Positions 36,645 through 46,345 are shown, counted from the first letter of the stretch. The stretch is 64,000 bases of DNA from Clostridia bacterium (GCA_017626145.1 JAGAJK010000077.1:125077-189076), one strand, 5' to 3'. The notes: a model not told the origin generated them from the sequence alone. Translations and numbers: made by a program.

Positions 36645-39386
36645 CTATTTTTTCATAATTACAACAAATTTTGTGGAACCGTTTGATACACGAGCGAAAA
36701 TCTGAGAAGCACCTGTTTTAGCACTTGTATATCCGGCAATAGAATTAATTGTAGTAGTTGTGACAGTATTCTTAGCTGCATCGAACAAGTAATACTTTGT
36801 ATTTGCATTACATGTTACAGGGATTGTTTCGCTACCATTAAGATTTCCGTTAGAATCAATGTCATAGAGTGAAATTGTCATTACAGATTCTTCACGGCTG
36901 TAAACATTACCAAATACTGTCATATAATCAGCAGTTGATGTTGTTGGAGTTGAAGTAGCCCCGTCTTTGAGTACAAGTCTGTCAGAAAGATCAGGAAGTG
37001 TATTAGCACCATACATTACTTTTACCTTATTAACTTCACCTGTTGAATTAAACTGGAGTCTTATAATATCACCTGTCTTAACACCTGTGAGTACAGAAGT
37101 TGTTGAAGTATAGTATGTTGACTGGTTTCCATTTTCGTAACAAACTAATTTGTTAACAGTATTTCCATTGTTAGTAGTTTGTGTAATTGTATCAACAATA
37201 ACTAATGGAGCTTCAAGATCATCTACAGTTATAGTACCTGAATTACCATAAACAATTACAACAGCAGCGGTATTGGTTGTTGTTGCATTGTATGATTCGA
37301 ATTCATAAGTTTTATTGTGCTTAAGTGCAGATTTTGTTTTTACTGAATATGCTTCTGTTTCAGCTCTGTCTGTAGGAACAAAGAAAATCTTTGTATTTGC
37401 ATTAAGTAAAACGTTAGATCCGAGCATTGAGGATGTTGATGTGTATTTACCATCAGCACAAGCTTTTGAAAGAACAAGCTCATTTGTAATATCACCGCTG
37501 GTTTTAATTGTTATAATGTTATCAATTTTGCCTGAAGAGTTTACAGAGAATTTGATTAACTGTGAAATATTGTATCCTGCTGAGTCGGTAGCCGGAGTAG
37601 GATTCTGCGAATCAGTTCCGTTGTCTTTATTTGTAAGTGATAAAGCACCTGCTTCACGGATGGCAGTTACTGAATCAGAGTAAGCTACAGTTTCACCGTT
37701 AATTCTGATTTTTTCAGCACCTTTGTAAACCTTGCTTGTGTTATCTTCTGCATAAATACGGAATTCTGCAATTTCGTTTCTTGTGTTAACTTCTGCAGCA
37801 ATAAGATATCCGTACTTAAAGGTTGATGTAGCTGCTACAGAAGTAACCTTTGCTGCTACAATTTTGTTGCTGTCATCAAGATAACATGTTACCTTATTGT
37901 CAATTGCAAAATTGAATGAAGGTGTTTTCTTGATATAATTTATAAACTTGTTGCTAAGCTGATATGATTTATTGCTGATAACAACTTCCTCATAATCAGA
38001 ACCAAGCTGTGAGATAGTACCGGAAACGGTATTTGTAATAATTTTAACGTTCTTTGTTAATGAACCTGTTGCATTTGAACTTTGTGATACGAGAAGAACA
38101 TCACCCTTCTGTATGCTGCTGAATTCAACTCTGTTTCCGTTTTTGGTGATATTTATAATATCATTAGACTCAGGATTGAGTTCTACTTTGTTAGACTGAT
38201 CATAAGCATCATAAATGATATAATTTGCTGTGTCAACAGCATCAACCATAACAGTAACTGATGCTTCAACGATGATTACGTTTACTGAACCGTCGGAATC
38301 GTTATCAATAAGTTTTGCAGAACCTGTTTCGATTGTTATAGGATTATCAAGTGAAGCCTTTGCACCGTTGTAAATCAAGTATGCAGGTCTGTTAAGTGTA
38401 ATGGTCTGAAGTATAGAAGTATCATTAGGATCTTCATAATACTCAACCTTGTTTGAATCGATTGTTTTAATGTTGTCACTTGAAAGTTCTACGATTACAT
38501 TGTTATTTGTAGGAACAACAGAAACGAGAGTTTTTACATCATTTTCATTTTTGTAATAATATGTAACACTCTGACCGAAGTATTCGTTAGCATTGGTATC
38601 ACCGAGCTTGAATTTAGTTAAAAAATCAATTTTCACCTCGTCTGCATCAACACCTACAGCATCAGCACCTAAAGAAGAGTTCTGTATAGCTGTTACAACA
38701 CCGGTTTCTTTTGTAAGTTTAAGCTTCTGATTAAGAAGATTCTGACCGGGAACACTTGAAAATCTCTGAACACCCTGGTTGTCCATATATGCTGTCATAA
38801 GATCAACATCAAGTGCATTGTAAATAAGTTGTGCTATAACACCTCTTGCAGCAGGTTCGGTCTGTGCTGCTTCAGCTCTTTTTGTAACACCGAGGTCTCT
38901 TGCTACAGCAATATAACCATTAGGCCAACCGCCCTGATTAAGAGCATGGTGTTCATAACCGAGTGCACATACAATCATTTTAACAGCCTGTTCGTATGTT
39001 ACGTCAGCCTTTGGAGCAAATGTTCCGTCACCCATACCTTTTATAATACCCTGGTCATAAGCTATCTTTGTAGCATTGATACTCCAGTCGGCACAGGTCT
39101 GAGGTGTAACATCTGTGAAGGGATATTCGGTAATATTTACCTTAAGTTCCCCAAGACCTAAACAACGAACCATAATAACGCTGAATTCCTCACGACTGAT
39201 ACCGTCATTTGGTCTGAATGTGTCTGATCCGGCATCACCTTTGATGATACCAAAGTCAGCTAATGTGTAAATAGCAGTTGAGAACTGATTGTCTTCAGCA
39301 ACATCACCAAACTGCTTAGCGGCCATTGCGACAGTTGAAGGTAAAATCATCAAAAGCGCAATTGCAAGACATAAAAATCTTTTCAT
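36645..39386 (-). CDS. S-layer-homology (SLH) domain cell-surface protein
   Basis: Signal peptide MKRFLCLAIALLMILPSTVAMA, then three SLH repeats (FGDVAEDNQFSTAIYTLADFGIIKGD..., FTDVTPQTCADWSINATKIAYDQGIIKGMGDGTFAP...) and a roughly 700-aa T/S/N-rich beta region. Confidence 0.8.
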   Translation of the reverse strand: MKRFLCLAIALLMILPSTVAMAAKQFGDVAEDNQFSTAIYTLADFGIIKGDAGSDTFRPNDGISREEFSVIMVRCLGLGELKVNITEYPFTDVTPQTCADWSINATKIAYDQGIIKGMGDGTFAPKADVTYEQAVKMIVCALGYEHHALNQGGWPNGYIAVARDLGVTKRAEAAQTEPAARGVIAQLIYNALDVDLMTAYMDNQGVQRFSSVPGQNLLNQKLKLTKETGVVTAIQNSSLGADAVGVDADEVKIDFLTKFKLGDTNANEYFGQSVTYYYKNENDVKTLVSVVPTNNNVIVELSSDNIKTIDSNKVEYYEDPNDTSILQTITLNRPAYLIYNGAKASLDNPITIETGSAKLIDNDSDGSVNVIIVEASVTVMVDAVDTANYIIYDAYDQSNKVELNPESNDIINITKNGNRVEFSSIQKGDVLLVSQSSNATGSLTKNVKIITNTVSGTISQLGSDYEEVVISNKSYQLSNKFINYIKKTPSFNFAIDNKVTCYLDDSNKIVAAKVTSVAATSTFKYGYLIAAEVNTRNEIAEFRIYAEDNTSKVYKGAEKIRINGETVAYSDSVTAIREAGALSLTNKDNGTDSQNPTPATDSAGYNISQLIKFSVNSSGKIDNIITIKTSGDITNELVLSKACADGKYTSTSSMLGSNVLLNANTKIFFVPTDRAETEAYSVKTKSALKHNKTYEFESYNATTTNTAAVVIVYGNSGTITVDDLEAPLVIVDTITQTTNNGNTVNKLVCYENGNQSTYYTSTTSVLTGVKTGDIIRLQFNSTGEVNKVKVMYGANTLPDLSDRLVLKDGATSTPTTSTADYMTVFGNVYSREESVMTISLYDIDSNGNLNGSETIPVTCNANTKYYLFDAAKNTVTTTTINSIAGYTSAKTGASQIFARVSNGSTKFVVIMKK

Positions 39387-39505
39387 TTTTATCATCCTTT
39401 CGTATAATTATAAAAGTACAGATATATTCTACCATTAAATTTGGCTTATGTCAATTGAATATAACTGAAAAAATCTGGTTTTATCGGAATTTAGTGTAAT
39501 TGTAA

Positions 39506-39955
39506 TCATTTTGTTAATATATTACTTACAATCTGATTAACAATTCCGCCGTCTGCTTTACCTGAAACCTTTGGCATAAGATTTTTCATAATCAATCCTT
39601 TCTCTTTAATACCCGGGTTATCGAGACCCAGGTCTTCTATAACAGATTTGATAATTTCTGTAATTTCTTCTTCACTCAGGCTCTTGGGAGCAAATTCCTG
39701 CATAACTGAAATTTTGAATTTGCATTGCTCAATTATATCAACTCTATCCTCAGGTGCAGACTCCATAGTCTCTTTAGTTTGTTTAATTTCTTTTGAAATT
39801 ACCATATTTTCTTCATCTTCTGTTAATGGTTCACGTTTATCCTTTTCCTTTGCTTTTAAAGCAGCAAGTAATAGTGAAAGTGCATTTTTTCTTTCTGTAT
39901 CCTTTGCTTTTAAAGCATTCATCATTTCACTTCGTACCTGTTCAATTTTGCTCAT
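39506..39955 (-). CDS. GatB/YqeY-domain protein
   Basis: 149 aa. The YqeY-type N-terminus MSKIEQVRSEMMNALKAKDTERKNALSLLLAALK and the C-terminal ...GKADGGIVNQIVSNIL. Confidence 0.8.
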   Translation of the reverse strand: MSKIEQVRSEMMNALKAKDTERKNALSLLLAALKAKEKDKREPLTEDEENMVISKEIKQTKETMESAPEDRVDIIEQCKFKISVMQEFAPKSLSEEEITEIIKSVIEDLGLDNPGIKEKGLIMKNLMPKVSGKADGGIVNQIVSNILTK

Positions 39956-40088
39956 TTTATATTACCTCTTTTCTTGTTATTACTTAAGTATAACATTTTT
40001 TATCAATAATGCAAGTATTTTTTTTATTTCTATTGAAAAAAACACCTGACTTTGTTATAATACTTATGATCAGAAAGGAAGTTCACAA

Positions 40089-42176
40089 ATGAAATTGATT
40101 ATTGCTGAAAAACCAAGTCTTGCACGTAATATAGTTGCAGGGATAGATGATAAATTTACGAAGAAGAACGGTTTTTTTGAAGGGAGTAATTATATTGTTA
40201 CCTGGGCAATCGGTCATTTGTTTTCCTTGGCTGATATTGAAACTTATTCACCTAATCCTGATGGGTCGGTCAAATGGTCTATGAATAATATTCCGTGTTT
40301 TCCTGAAAAATTTCAATTTGAAATAAAAAAAGATAAGAATAAGCAACCTGATTCAGGTATAAAACGACAGTTTGAAATTATAAAATCACTTTGTAACAGA
40401 AATGATGTTGAAACGATAGTAAATGCAGGCGATGCTGACCGTGAGGGCGAAATCATTATACGTATTTGTGTCGATAAAGCACTTGATAACGCAAAGCCTT
40501 TTAAGCGTTTGTGGCTTCCGGATCAGACACCTCAGACCATTAAAACTGCTATCGATTCAATGGAGGATGAAAATTCTTACGATAATCTTGCAGCTGAAGG
40601 ATATGCACGTACATATATCGATTGGCTATACGGAGTGAATCTGACCCGGTATGCAACTTTGAAGTCAGGAACTTTGCTTAGAGTTGGTCGTGTAATTGTA
40701 CCTATTGTTAAAGCTATTTACGACAGAGATATGAGTATACGAAATTTCAAACCCGATATATATTATGCAATTATAAGTAAAGAACTGACCAAGGACGAGG
40801 AAATAGAACTTGTAAGTAAGCTTAAGTTTGATAAGCAAAAACTAAAAGATGCAGAATCTGTCTGTGAGAACTATAATTCTGTTATATGGAAAGTTACAGG
40901 CAAAAAAAGTAAAAAAGATACATTGGCCCCGGGAAAGCTCTACTCTTTATCAAAATTACAGAATGTGCTTGGCAAAAAATTTAAAATGTCAATGGATGAA
41001 AGCTTGTCCATCGTTCAGGGCCTGTATGAAAAAGGATATGTAACATATCCAAGAACTAATTCTGAATATCTTGCAGAAGCTGAACAGGGGAAAGTAAAGA
41101 CAATTATTGAGTCAATAAAAAAACTTGGATATCCAATTGAATTCAAACATAAAAAAACAATTTTTGATGATTCTAAAATTGAGTCGCATTCCGCCCTAAC
41201 TCCTACATATAAAATACCTGTAAAAACAGAATTGAGTGATAAGGAGTTTATGGTATATAGTACAATTATGCGACGATTTGTTGCTGTTTTTTGCAGCGAG
41301 GAATGTACGGTTGCAAAGACGGAAATTACTATATCATCGGAACTGGAAGAAAGCTTTGTTCTTAAAGGTACTGTTATGCTTGAACCGGGATGGACAAAGT
41401 ATGATGATTACAATAAGAAGGACAAAATATTACCGGCTCTTGAAAAGGGTGATGAAGTAAACGTTAATTTTAAGCCGGTTGAAAAGGAGACCTCACCACC
41501 AAAACATTATACAATTGAAACACTTAATAATTATCTTAAAAACCCTTTCAGGGATGAAAAAAATGCAGTTGAGAATGAAAATGACGAAGAAGAATACAAA
41601 GCGATGTTTGAAGGGCTTGAACTTGGAACAGAAGCAACAAGAACAGGGATTATTGATAATGCAGTTAAAAGCAGATACATAGAATTGAAAAAGGACGTGT
41701 ATAAAATTCTTCCTGACGGTGAGTATTTGATTAATTCGCTTCAGTTATTGCATATTAGTATGGACAAATATAAAACTGCTGAAGTTGGAAAAGCATTGAA
41801 GAAAGTGTATAGGGGAGAATTTGATATAAGTCAGAGTATAGAAATTGCCAGGAACGAAATTAAAAGTATTTTTGAATATCAATTTACTGAGGACGAAGAT
41901 ATCGGATTTTTCGGAGATAAAGTCGGGGTGTGCCCCATTTGCGGAAAAGATGTGGCAAGAAACAAATTCGGGTATGGTTGTACCGGTTACAAAGATGGTT
42001 GCAGATTTTCAGTAGGAAGTAGGATTTGTGGCAAAATAATTTCGTTGAATGCAGTGAGAATTTTACTGGAAAAAGGCAGAAGCCCGCAGATTAACGGATT
42101 TGTATCCAAAAATGGCAAGAATTTTTCCGCAGCGTTAAAAATAGAAAATGATAAAGTAGTATTTGATTTTAATTAG
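40089..42176 (+). CDS. topB: DNA topoisomerase III
   Basis: TOPRIM N-terminus MKLIIAEKPSLARNIV..., DADREGE, catalytic Tyr region (GYVTYPRTNSEYL) and C-terminal Cys4 zinc ribbons (CPICGKD...CTGYKDGC). Confidence 0.9.
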   Translation: MKLIIAEKPSLARNIVAGIDDKFTKKNGFFEGSNYIVTWAIGHLFSLADIETYSPNPDGSVKWSMNNIPCFPEKFQFEIKKDKNKQPDSGIKRQFEIIKSLCNRNDVETIVNAGDADREGEIIIRICVDKALDNAKPFKRLWLPDQTPQTIKTAIDSMEDENSYDNLAAEGYARTYIDWLYGVNLTRYATLKSGTLLRVGRVIVPIVKAIYDRDMSIRNFKPDIYYAIISKELTKDEEIELVSKLKFDKQKLKDAESVCENYNSVIWKVTGKKSKKDTLAPGKLYSLSKLQNVLGKKFKMSMDESLSIVQGLYEKGYVTYPRTNSEYLAEAEQGKVKTIIESIKKLGYPIEFKHKKTIFDDSKIESHSALTPTYKIPVKTELSDKEFMVYSTIMRRFVAVFCSEECTVAKTEITISSELEESFVLKGTVMLEPGWTKYDDYNKKDKILPALEKGDEVNVNFKPVEKETSPPKHYTIETLNNYLKNPFRDEKNAVENENDEEEYKAMFEGLELGTEATRTGIIDNAVKSRYIELKKDVYKILPDGEYLINSLQLLHISMDKYKTAEVGKALKKVYRGEFDISQSIEIARNEIKSIFEYQFTEDEDIGFFGDKVGVCPICGKDVARNKFGYGCTGYKDGCRFSVGSRICGKIISLNAVRILLEKGRSPQINGFVSKNGKNFSAALKIENDKVVFDFN

Positions 42177-42187
42177 GAGGAATAGAT

Positions 42188-43312
42188 ATGAAATTTTATA
42201 ACGGAAATGTGTTGTGTGATGATTTTAAATTCAGAACAGCTTCTTTTGAGGTTGAAAATGGGAAATTTAAAAATATCAGTACCGATAATAAGGAAGAGGG
42301 AACTAATCTTGAAGGTAAATATGTAATACCGGGTCTTATTGATACTCATATGCACAGTGCTTATGGGAAAATGTTTATTGATTTTGATGAAGAAACAGCT
42401 GATGTTATAGCTGAAATTGAAGCCAAGAATGGTACGACAACACTTTGTCCTGCCATTTCAGCTGCACCGCTTAAGAAAATGCTTGGATGTGTAAAGTATC
42501 TGGTTGATTACGAAAATAAGGAGAATATGGCTAAAATCTCCGGCATTCACCTTGAGGGACCATTCTTTGCTGAAAAATTCAAAGGTGCACATTTACCTGA
42601 AAATATCAGAAAGCCAACTGTAGATGAAGCAAAAGCACTTGTTGAAGAAGGTAAGGGTATGGTTAAACTCATTACTATGGCACCGGAACTTGAAGGAGCA
42701 GAAGAAACAATTAAATATCTTAGAGATCAGAATGTCGTAGTATCAATAGGTCATACAGCGGCTACATTCGAAGAAGCAATCAAGGGGGTAGATTGGGGTG
42801 CTACTCAGTCAACGCACACTTTTAATGCTATGTCAGGACTTAATCACAGAGCCCCAGGAACCGTGGGAGCTGTTCTTAGCGATGACAGAGTAAAATGTGA
42901 ATTTATTTGTGACTTTTTCCATGTATCTCCTGATGTAGTGAAGCTTGCTTATAAGCTTAAAGGTGATGATTTAATAAATATGATTACAGACAGCGAGCTT
43001 GGAACCGGAAGACCTGACGGAGAATTCATTGTTAACGGTCGAAAGATTATAGTTAAAGATAAGAAAACTTATACAGAAGACGGAACAATTGCCGGTGGTT
43101 CGACTTTTCTTATTGACGGCGTAAGAAATCTTGTGTCCATAGGAATTCCATTGGAAAGTGCTGTGAAAATGGCTACAATTAATCCTGCTAAGACATTAGG
43201 TATGGAAAATGAAATAGGAAGTATAAAAGAAAATAAGTTTGCTGATTTTATAATACTTGATGAAAAACTTGATATATGCAATGTGTATATAAATGGCAAC
43301 AAGACTGTCTGA
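42188..43312 (+). CDS. nagA: N-acetylglucosamine-6-phosphate deacetylase
   Basis: Amidohydrolase fold with metal ligands (IPGLIDTHMH, HLEGPF, IGHTAA) and the C-terminal ...FIILDE. Confidence 0.9.
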   Translation: MKFYNGNVLCDDFKFRTASFEVENGKFKNISTDNKEEGTNLEGKYVIPGLIDTHMHSAYGKMFIDFDEETADVIAEIEAKNGTTTLCPAISAAPLKKMLGCVKYLVDYENKENMAKISGIHLEGPFFAEKFKGAHLPENIRKPTVDEAKALVEEGKGMVKLITMAPELEGAEETIKYLRDQNVVVSIGHTAATFEEAIKGVDWGATQSTHTFNAMSGLNHRAPGTVGAVLSDDRVKCEFICDFFHVSPDVVKLAYKLKGDDLINMITDSELGTGRPDGEFIVNGRKIIVKDKKTYTEDGTIAGGSTFLIDGVRNLVSIGIPLESAVKMATINPAKTLGMENEIGSIKENKFADFIILDEKLDICNVYINGNKTV

Positions 43313-43325
43313 ACTTCAAATGAAA

Positions 43326-43360
43326 GGAACTGTAAAAAAATCATCGATTTTTTACAGTTC
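43326..43360 (+). terminator. intrinsic terminator after nagA
   Basis: GAACTGTAAAAAA-tcatcga-TTTTTTACAGTTC. Confidence 0.65.
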
Positions 43361-43394
43361 TTCATTTTGGGGAATAGGAAAAAATGTTTCAGAA

Positions 43395-43484
43395 TGGACG
43401 AACTGAGCTGTAAATGCCTGGTCAAAGGCATTTACAGGTACCCGAAGGCGTATGTGATACGCCGAGTTAGGCGAAGTTCGTTCG
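43395..43484 (+). ncRNA. candidate structured small RNA (three-way junction), unclassified
   Basis: Closing stem GGACGAACT/AGTTCGTTC (9 bp) encloses an 11-bp hairpin (CTGTAAATGCC...GGCATTTACAG) and a 7-bp hairpin (GGCGTAT-gtg-ATACGCC). It lies between two terminators in a convergent intergenic region, and no plausible ORF covers it. Confidence 0.3.
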
Positions 43485-43506
43485 AGCAAAAAGGCTTATT
43501 TAATAG

Positions 43507-43535
43507 AAAAAATATCGTACAAAAACGATATTTTT
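43507..43535. terminator. AT-rich hairpin terminator, most likely serving the minus-strand amidase gene and possibly the candidate RNA
   Basis: AAAATATCGT-acaaaa-ACGATATTTT with a flanking T-run on the minus strand. Confidence 0.5.
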
Positions 43536-43642
43536 CCTTAAGTGTGTATTTTTTTGTCGATTTTGACAAACGTACCACATTATAGATAATATTATTTAAG
43601 ACTTCTTGCGGTTATGAACTTTTTTTACATTCCCGTTCATTT

Positions 43643-44215
43643 CTATAATTCTGAAAAACTCAAATATTCAAGTATGCCTCTGTATATTGCATAAGCAAAC
43701 AGATATTGGTTATCACGCAACTTTTCAGCATCCTGCGTATTTGTGATATATGCAAGTTCAATTAAAATTGCAGGCATTGTGGTTCTGCGTAAAACGTATA
43801 GTGTTCTGTTTACTCTTACACCGTTATCACGAGTGCCTACAATAGTTACTATATTGTTCAGTACGTCTTCTGCTAATTCATAAGCCGGAGTTTCTTCGCT
43901 GTATACATAAACTTCGGAACCGTTTAGTTGAGGATTTTCTGACGCATTTGTATGAATGCTTATAAAATAGTCTGCGTTCCATGAATTTGCCATATTTACT
44001 CGTTGTGCCAGACTTGTTCGATTGTTCGTTCCTAAAATAGTATCTATAGTTTCCCTTGAAACCATAGATTCAAATCTGTAATCGTTGTTCAAAAGCTGAT
44101 TAAGATATATCCCAACATTATAGGTTACATCCTGCTCAAGTAATCCATTTCCTTCTGCTCCGCCGTTGATTCCTCCTGGGTTGTGTCCCTGATCAATAAA
44201 AATTTTTATTGGCAT
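43643..44215 (-). CDS. N-acetylmuramoyl-L-alanine amidase (Amidase_3, CwlD-like)
   Basis: IKIFIDQGHNPGG, ...YFISIHTNA... and a Glu-containing LIELAYITN. I chose the start at MPIKIF, which has an AAAGGA RBS. The track ORF runs to 44224. Confidence 0.85.
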   Translation of the reverse strand: MPIKIFIDQGHNPGGINGGAEGNGLLEQDVTYNVGIYLNQLLNNDYRFESMVSRETIDTILGTNNRTSLAQRVNMANSWNADYFISIHTNASENPQLNGSEVYVYSEETPAYELAEDVLNNIVTIVGTRDNGVRVNRTLYVLRRTTMPAILIELAYITNTQDAEKLRDNQYLFAYAIYRGILEYLSFSEL

Positions 44216-44351
44216 AATCATCATCCTTTCTTTATATTATATTTAAAAATGAATATTTTTTTACTTTTTTCAAAAAAAGTCTTTACAAATTCATTTTTGT
44301 GTGATATAATACTTTTTGTCGGTTAGCCAAAGACATAAAAATGGCACATAT

Positions 44352-44426
44352 GCGGGAGTGGCTCAGTGGTAGAGCGTCACCTTGCCAAGGTGAACGTCGC
44401 GAGTTCGAATCTCGTCTTCCGCTCCA
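44352..44426 (+). tRNA. tRNA-Gly (anticodon GCC), encoded CCA
   Basis: Cloverleaf with acceptor GCGGGAG/CTTCCGC, D-arm GCTC-AGTGGTAGA-GAGC, anticodon loop TTGCCAA and T-arm GCGAG-TTCGAAT-CTCGT. Upstream promoter is TTTACA, 17-nt spacer, TATAAT. Confidence 0.95.
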
Positions 44427-44427
44427 T

Positions 44428-44459
44428 AAATCCCAAGGAATTTTTCTTGGGATTTTTTA
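44428..44459 (+). terminator. intrinsic terminator after tRNA-Gly
   Basis: AAATCCCAAG-gaattttt-CTTGGGATTT followed by TTT. Confidence 0.8.
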
Positions 44460-44485
44460 TTCTTTAAAATAACAGGTGTAATACT

Positions 44486-46312
44486 ATGAAAATAAAAAAT
44501 AAAAAACTAAGTTATAAGATGTTAAATAGTTTTTTGCTTACTGTAAGTATGTTGGTTTTTCTGGTTTCTTTTATGTTTGAATCTCCTGTAAGCTCATGGG
44601 TGATTTTATCAGGAATAATAATAAACTGTATTGCAGTTATTCTTCGCATTATGCTTCAGTATACAAAGATGAAGTCTGTAATTTTTGAAGTTACAACTAT
44701 TTTAATTTCTATATATATGTTTTCTTTTGGATATGTTTATCAGGCATATTGGGTAGGTTTGATATCAGTTATATTTTCTTATATAAATCATTCTAATCTG
44801 TTTATTAAACCATTGTTAAATGAAACCTTTTCTAAAATATGCTCTTGTACTTACAGAAGATATTTTAACAGTGATACCGAATTTGTGAATGTTTCTGAAA
44901 TACGTGTTGGAGATTTTCTGCAATTATTTTCCGGTGAAACCGTTCCATGTGATGGTATTGTTAAGGCGGGGTCCGGAACAGTTAACGCAACTTGTGTAAC
45001 CGGAGATAACCGAATATTAAATATAAATAAGGGAGACAAAATTTTTGCCGGATTCACTGTTTTAAGTGGAAAGCTCATAGTTGAATCGACTAATACTGTT
45101 CTTGAAAGCAGCCTTAGTAAAACAATACATTGTGTTATGGATATAAATAAAACAAAAACACCGAAAGAGAAAAAGATATCCGCAATTAGTGTAGTTGTTT
45201 CTTTGGTTTTGTTTGCTGTGTTAGCTATTTTTATACTTGTTTCAGGGATCAGTTCAGAAAACTATGTTTTCATAGCACACTCTTTGCCTCTTTGTCTTTT
45301 GTTTTCATTTGAAATTGCGGGAAGCGGTCTTATTAGTGATATTTATGAATCTGTTGCAGTAAATCTTGCATCTAAAGGTATTGTTGTAAAAAGCAAACAG
45401 TTTATCGAAAATACTCTTGAATTTGAAAATGTAGGGTTTTCAGTCAAAGGAGTTCTCGGTGGTAAAAAGCCATTAATTTCCAATGTGAAAAGTGAATTAA
45501 GCATAACCGAAGATGAGCTTATAAAGGTTGCTGCATACGCACTTTTCAGAACAGGTTCATCAATGGCAAAGGTTATTGTCGCAAAAAGTAATTCAGATAT
45601 CAATATAGCTGATATAAGAGATTTTAAACCGGTAGGTGAATATGGCGGATATGTTAAAATTTGTGGCGATGTTGAAGTTGTGGCAGGAAGTGTCGAAGAT
45701 CTGAATTCTTATGGGATAATTGTAGGACTCGATAATTCAGAAGATACAATTTATATAGGTGTTGATGGCAAATTTGCAGGATTTATACAGTTTGAAACTC
45801 CGTTAAATGAAGACATTTTTCAGTGTATGAATAATTTGAGGTTTGCCGGTATTAAGAATATATTTGTATATTCTCATTGTAATTCAGAAATTGCAAATCA
45901 GATATCTAAAGTGGGTAATCTCAAAGAAGTTAACGGTAACCTTAACGATGATCAGATAAGATATAGATTAAAACAGTTATCAGGCAATACTCTTATGTTC
46001 CGTTACGGAAGTAATTGTGCTGACTATAGTGAGTATGTCAATGAAATAGGCTTTGGAGGTTATGATGTGTTTGACAGGTATGATGCAGTTATTCTTACCG
46101 ACAATTTACTTTCGACCGTCAACTTTGTAAATGTACTAAAGGATGCTAAAGGCTTAATTTTAAAAAACATTTTGATTTCTGTTATAATAAAACTCATTCT
46201 TTTAATTATGTTAATTTTTAATGTTAAGTACGTGTGGCTTGCTGTTATTTTAATTGGAATTTCTTTGTTATTGATGCGTATAAATAATTTAAAATTCAGA
46301 TATAAACTATGA
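44486..46312 (+). CDS. degenerate P1B-type P-type ATPase homolog (all catalytic motifs substituted); predicted non-catalytic membrane protein
   Basis: Four N-terminal TM helices. Actuator-like domain (EIRVGDFLQLFSGETVPCDGIVKAGSGTVNATCVTGDN) with TGDN in place of TGES. TM region with SFE where the CPC metal site would be. GFSVKGVLGGKKP in place of FDKTGTLT. No HP motif. SHCN where TGDN would be. GSNCAD where GDGxND would be. Two C-terminal TM helices. Own RBS. Confidence 0.7.
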   Translation: MKIKNKKLSYKMLNSFLLTVSMLVFLVSFMFESPVSSWVILSGIIINCIAVILRIMLQYTKMKSVIFEVTTILISIYMFSFGYVYQAYWVGLISVIFSYINHSNLFIKPLLNETFSKICSCTYRRYFNSDTEFVNVSEIRVGDFLQLFSGETVPCDGIVKAGSGTVNATCVTGDNRILNINKGDKIFAGFTVLSGKLIVESTNTVLESSLSKTIHCVMDINKTKTPKEKKISAISVVVSLVLFAVLAIFILVSGISSENYVFIAHSLPLCLLFSFEIAGSGLISDIYESVAVNLASKGIVVKSKQFIENTLEFENVGFSVKGVLGGKKPLISNVKSELSITEDELIKVAAYALFRTGSSMAKVIVAKSNSDINIADIRDFKPVGEYGGYVKICGDVEVVAGSVEDLNSYGIIVGLDNSEDTIYIGVDGKFAGFIQFETPLNEDIFQCMNNLRFAGIKNIFVYSHCNSEIANQISKVGNLKEVNGNLNDDQIRYRLKQLSGNTLMFRYGSNCADYSEYVNEIGFGGYDVFDRYDAVILTDNLLSTVNFVNVLKDAKGLILKNILISVIIKLILLIMLIFNVKYVWLAVILIGISLLLMRINNLKFRYKL

Positions 46313-46317
46313 TTTGG

Positions 46318-46345
46318 AAAATACTCGCAAAAGCGAGTATTTTCT
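46318..46345 (+). terminator. intrinsic terminator
   Basis: AAAATACTCGC-aaaa-GCGAGTATTTT. Confidence 0.8.

Noticed and set aside
37315-39161. Antisense ORFs within the SLH-protein gene
   Set aside because: They are low-complexity mirror-frame artefacts of a T/S-rich coding region.
43367-43585. 72-aa ORF spanning the intergenic hairpins
   Set aside because: It has no RBS and an implausible composition, and it is built from the stems of the candidate RNA structure and a terminator. I interpret it as non-coding.
44486-46312. Annotating the ORF as a functional heavy-metal P-type ATPase
   Set aside because: The phosphorylation Asp, the TGES, CPC and HP motifs and the GDGxND hinge are all substituted. 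Calling it an active pump would be wrong.
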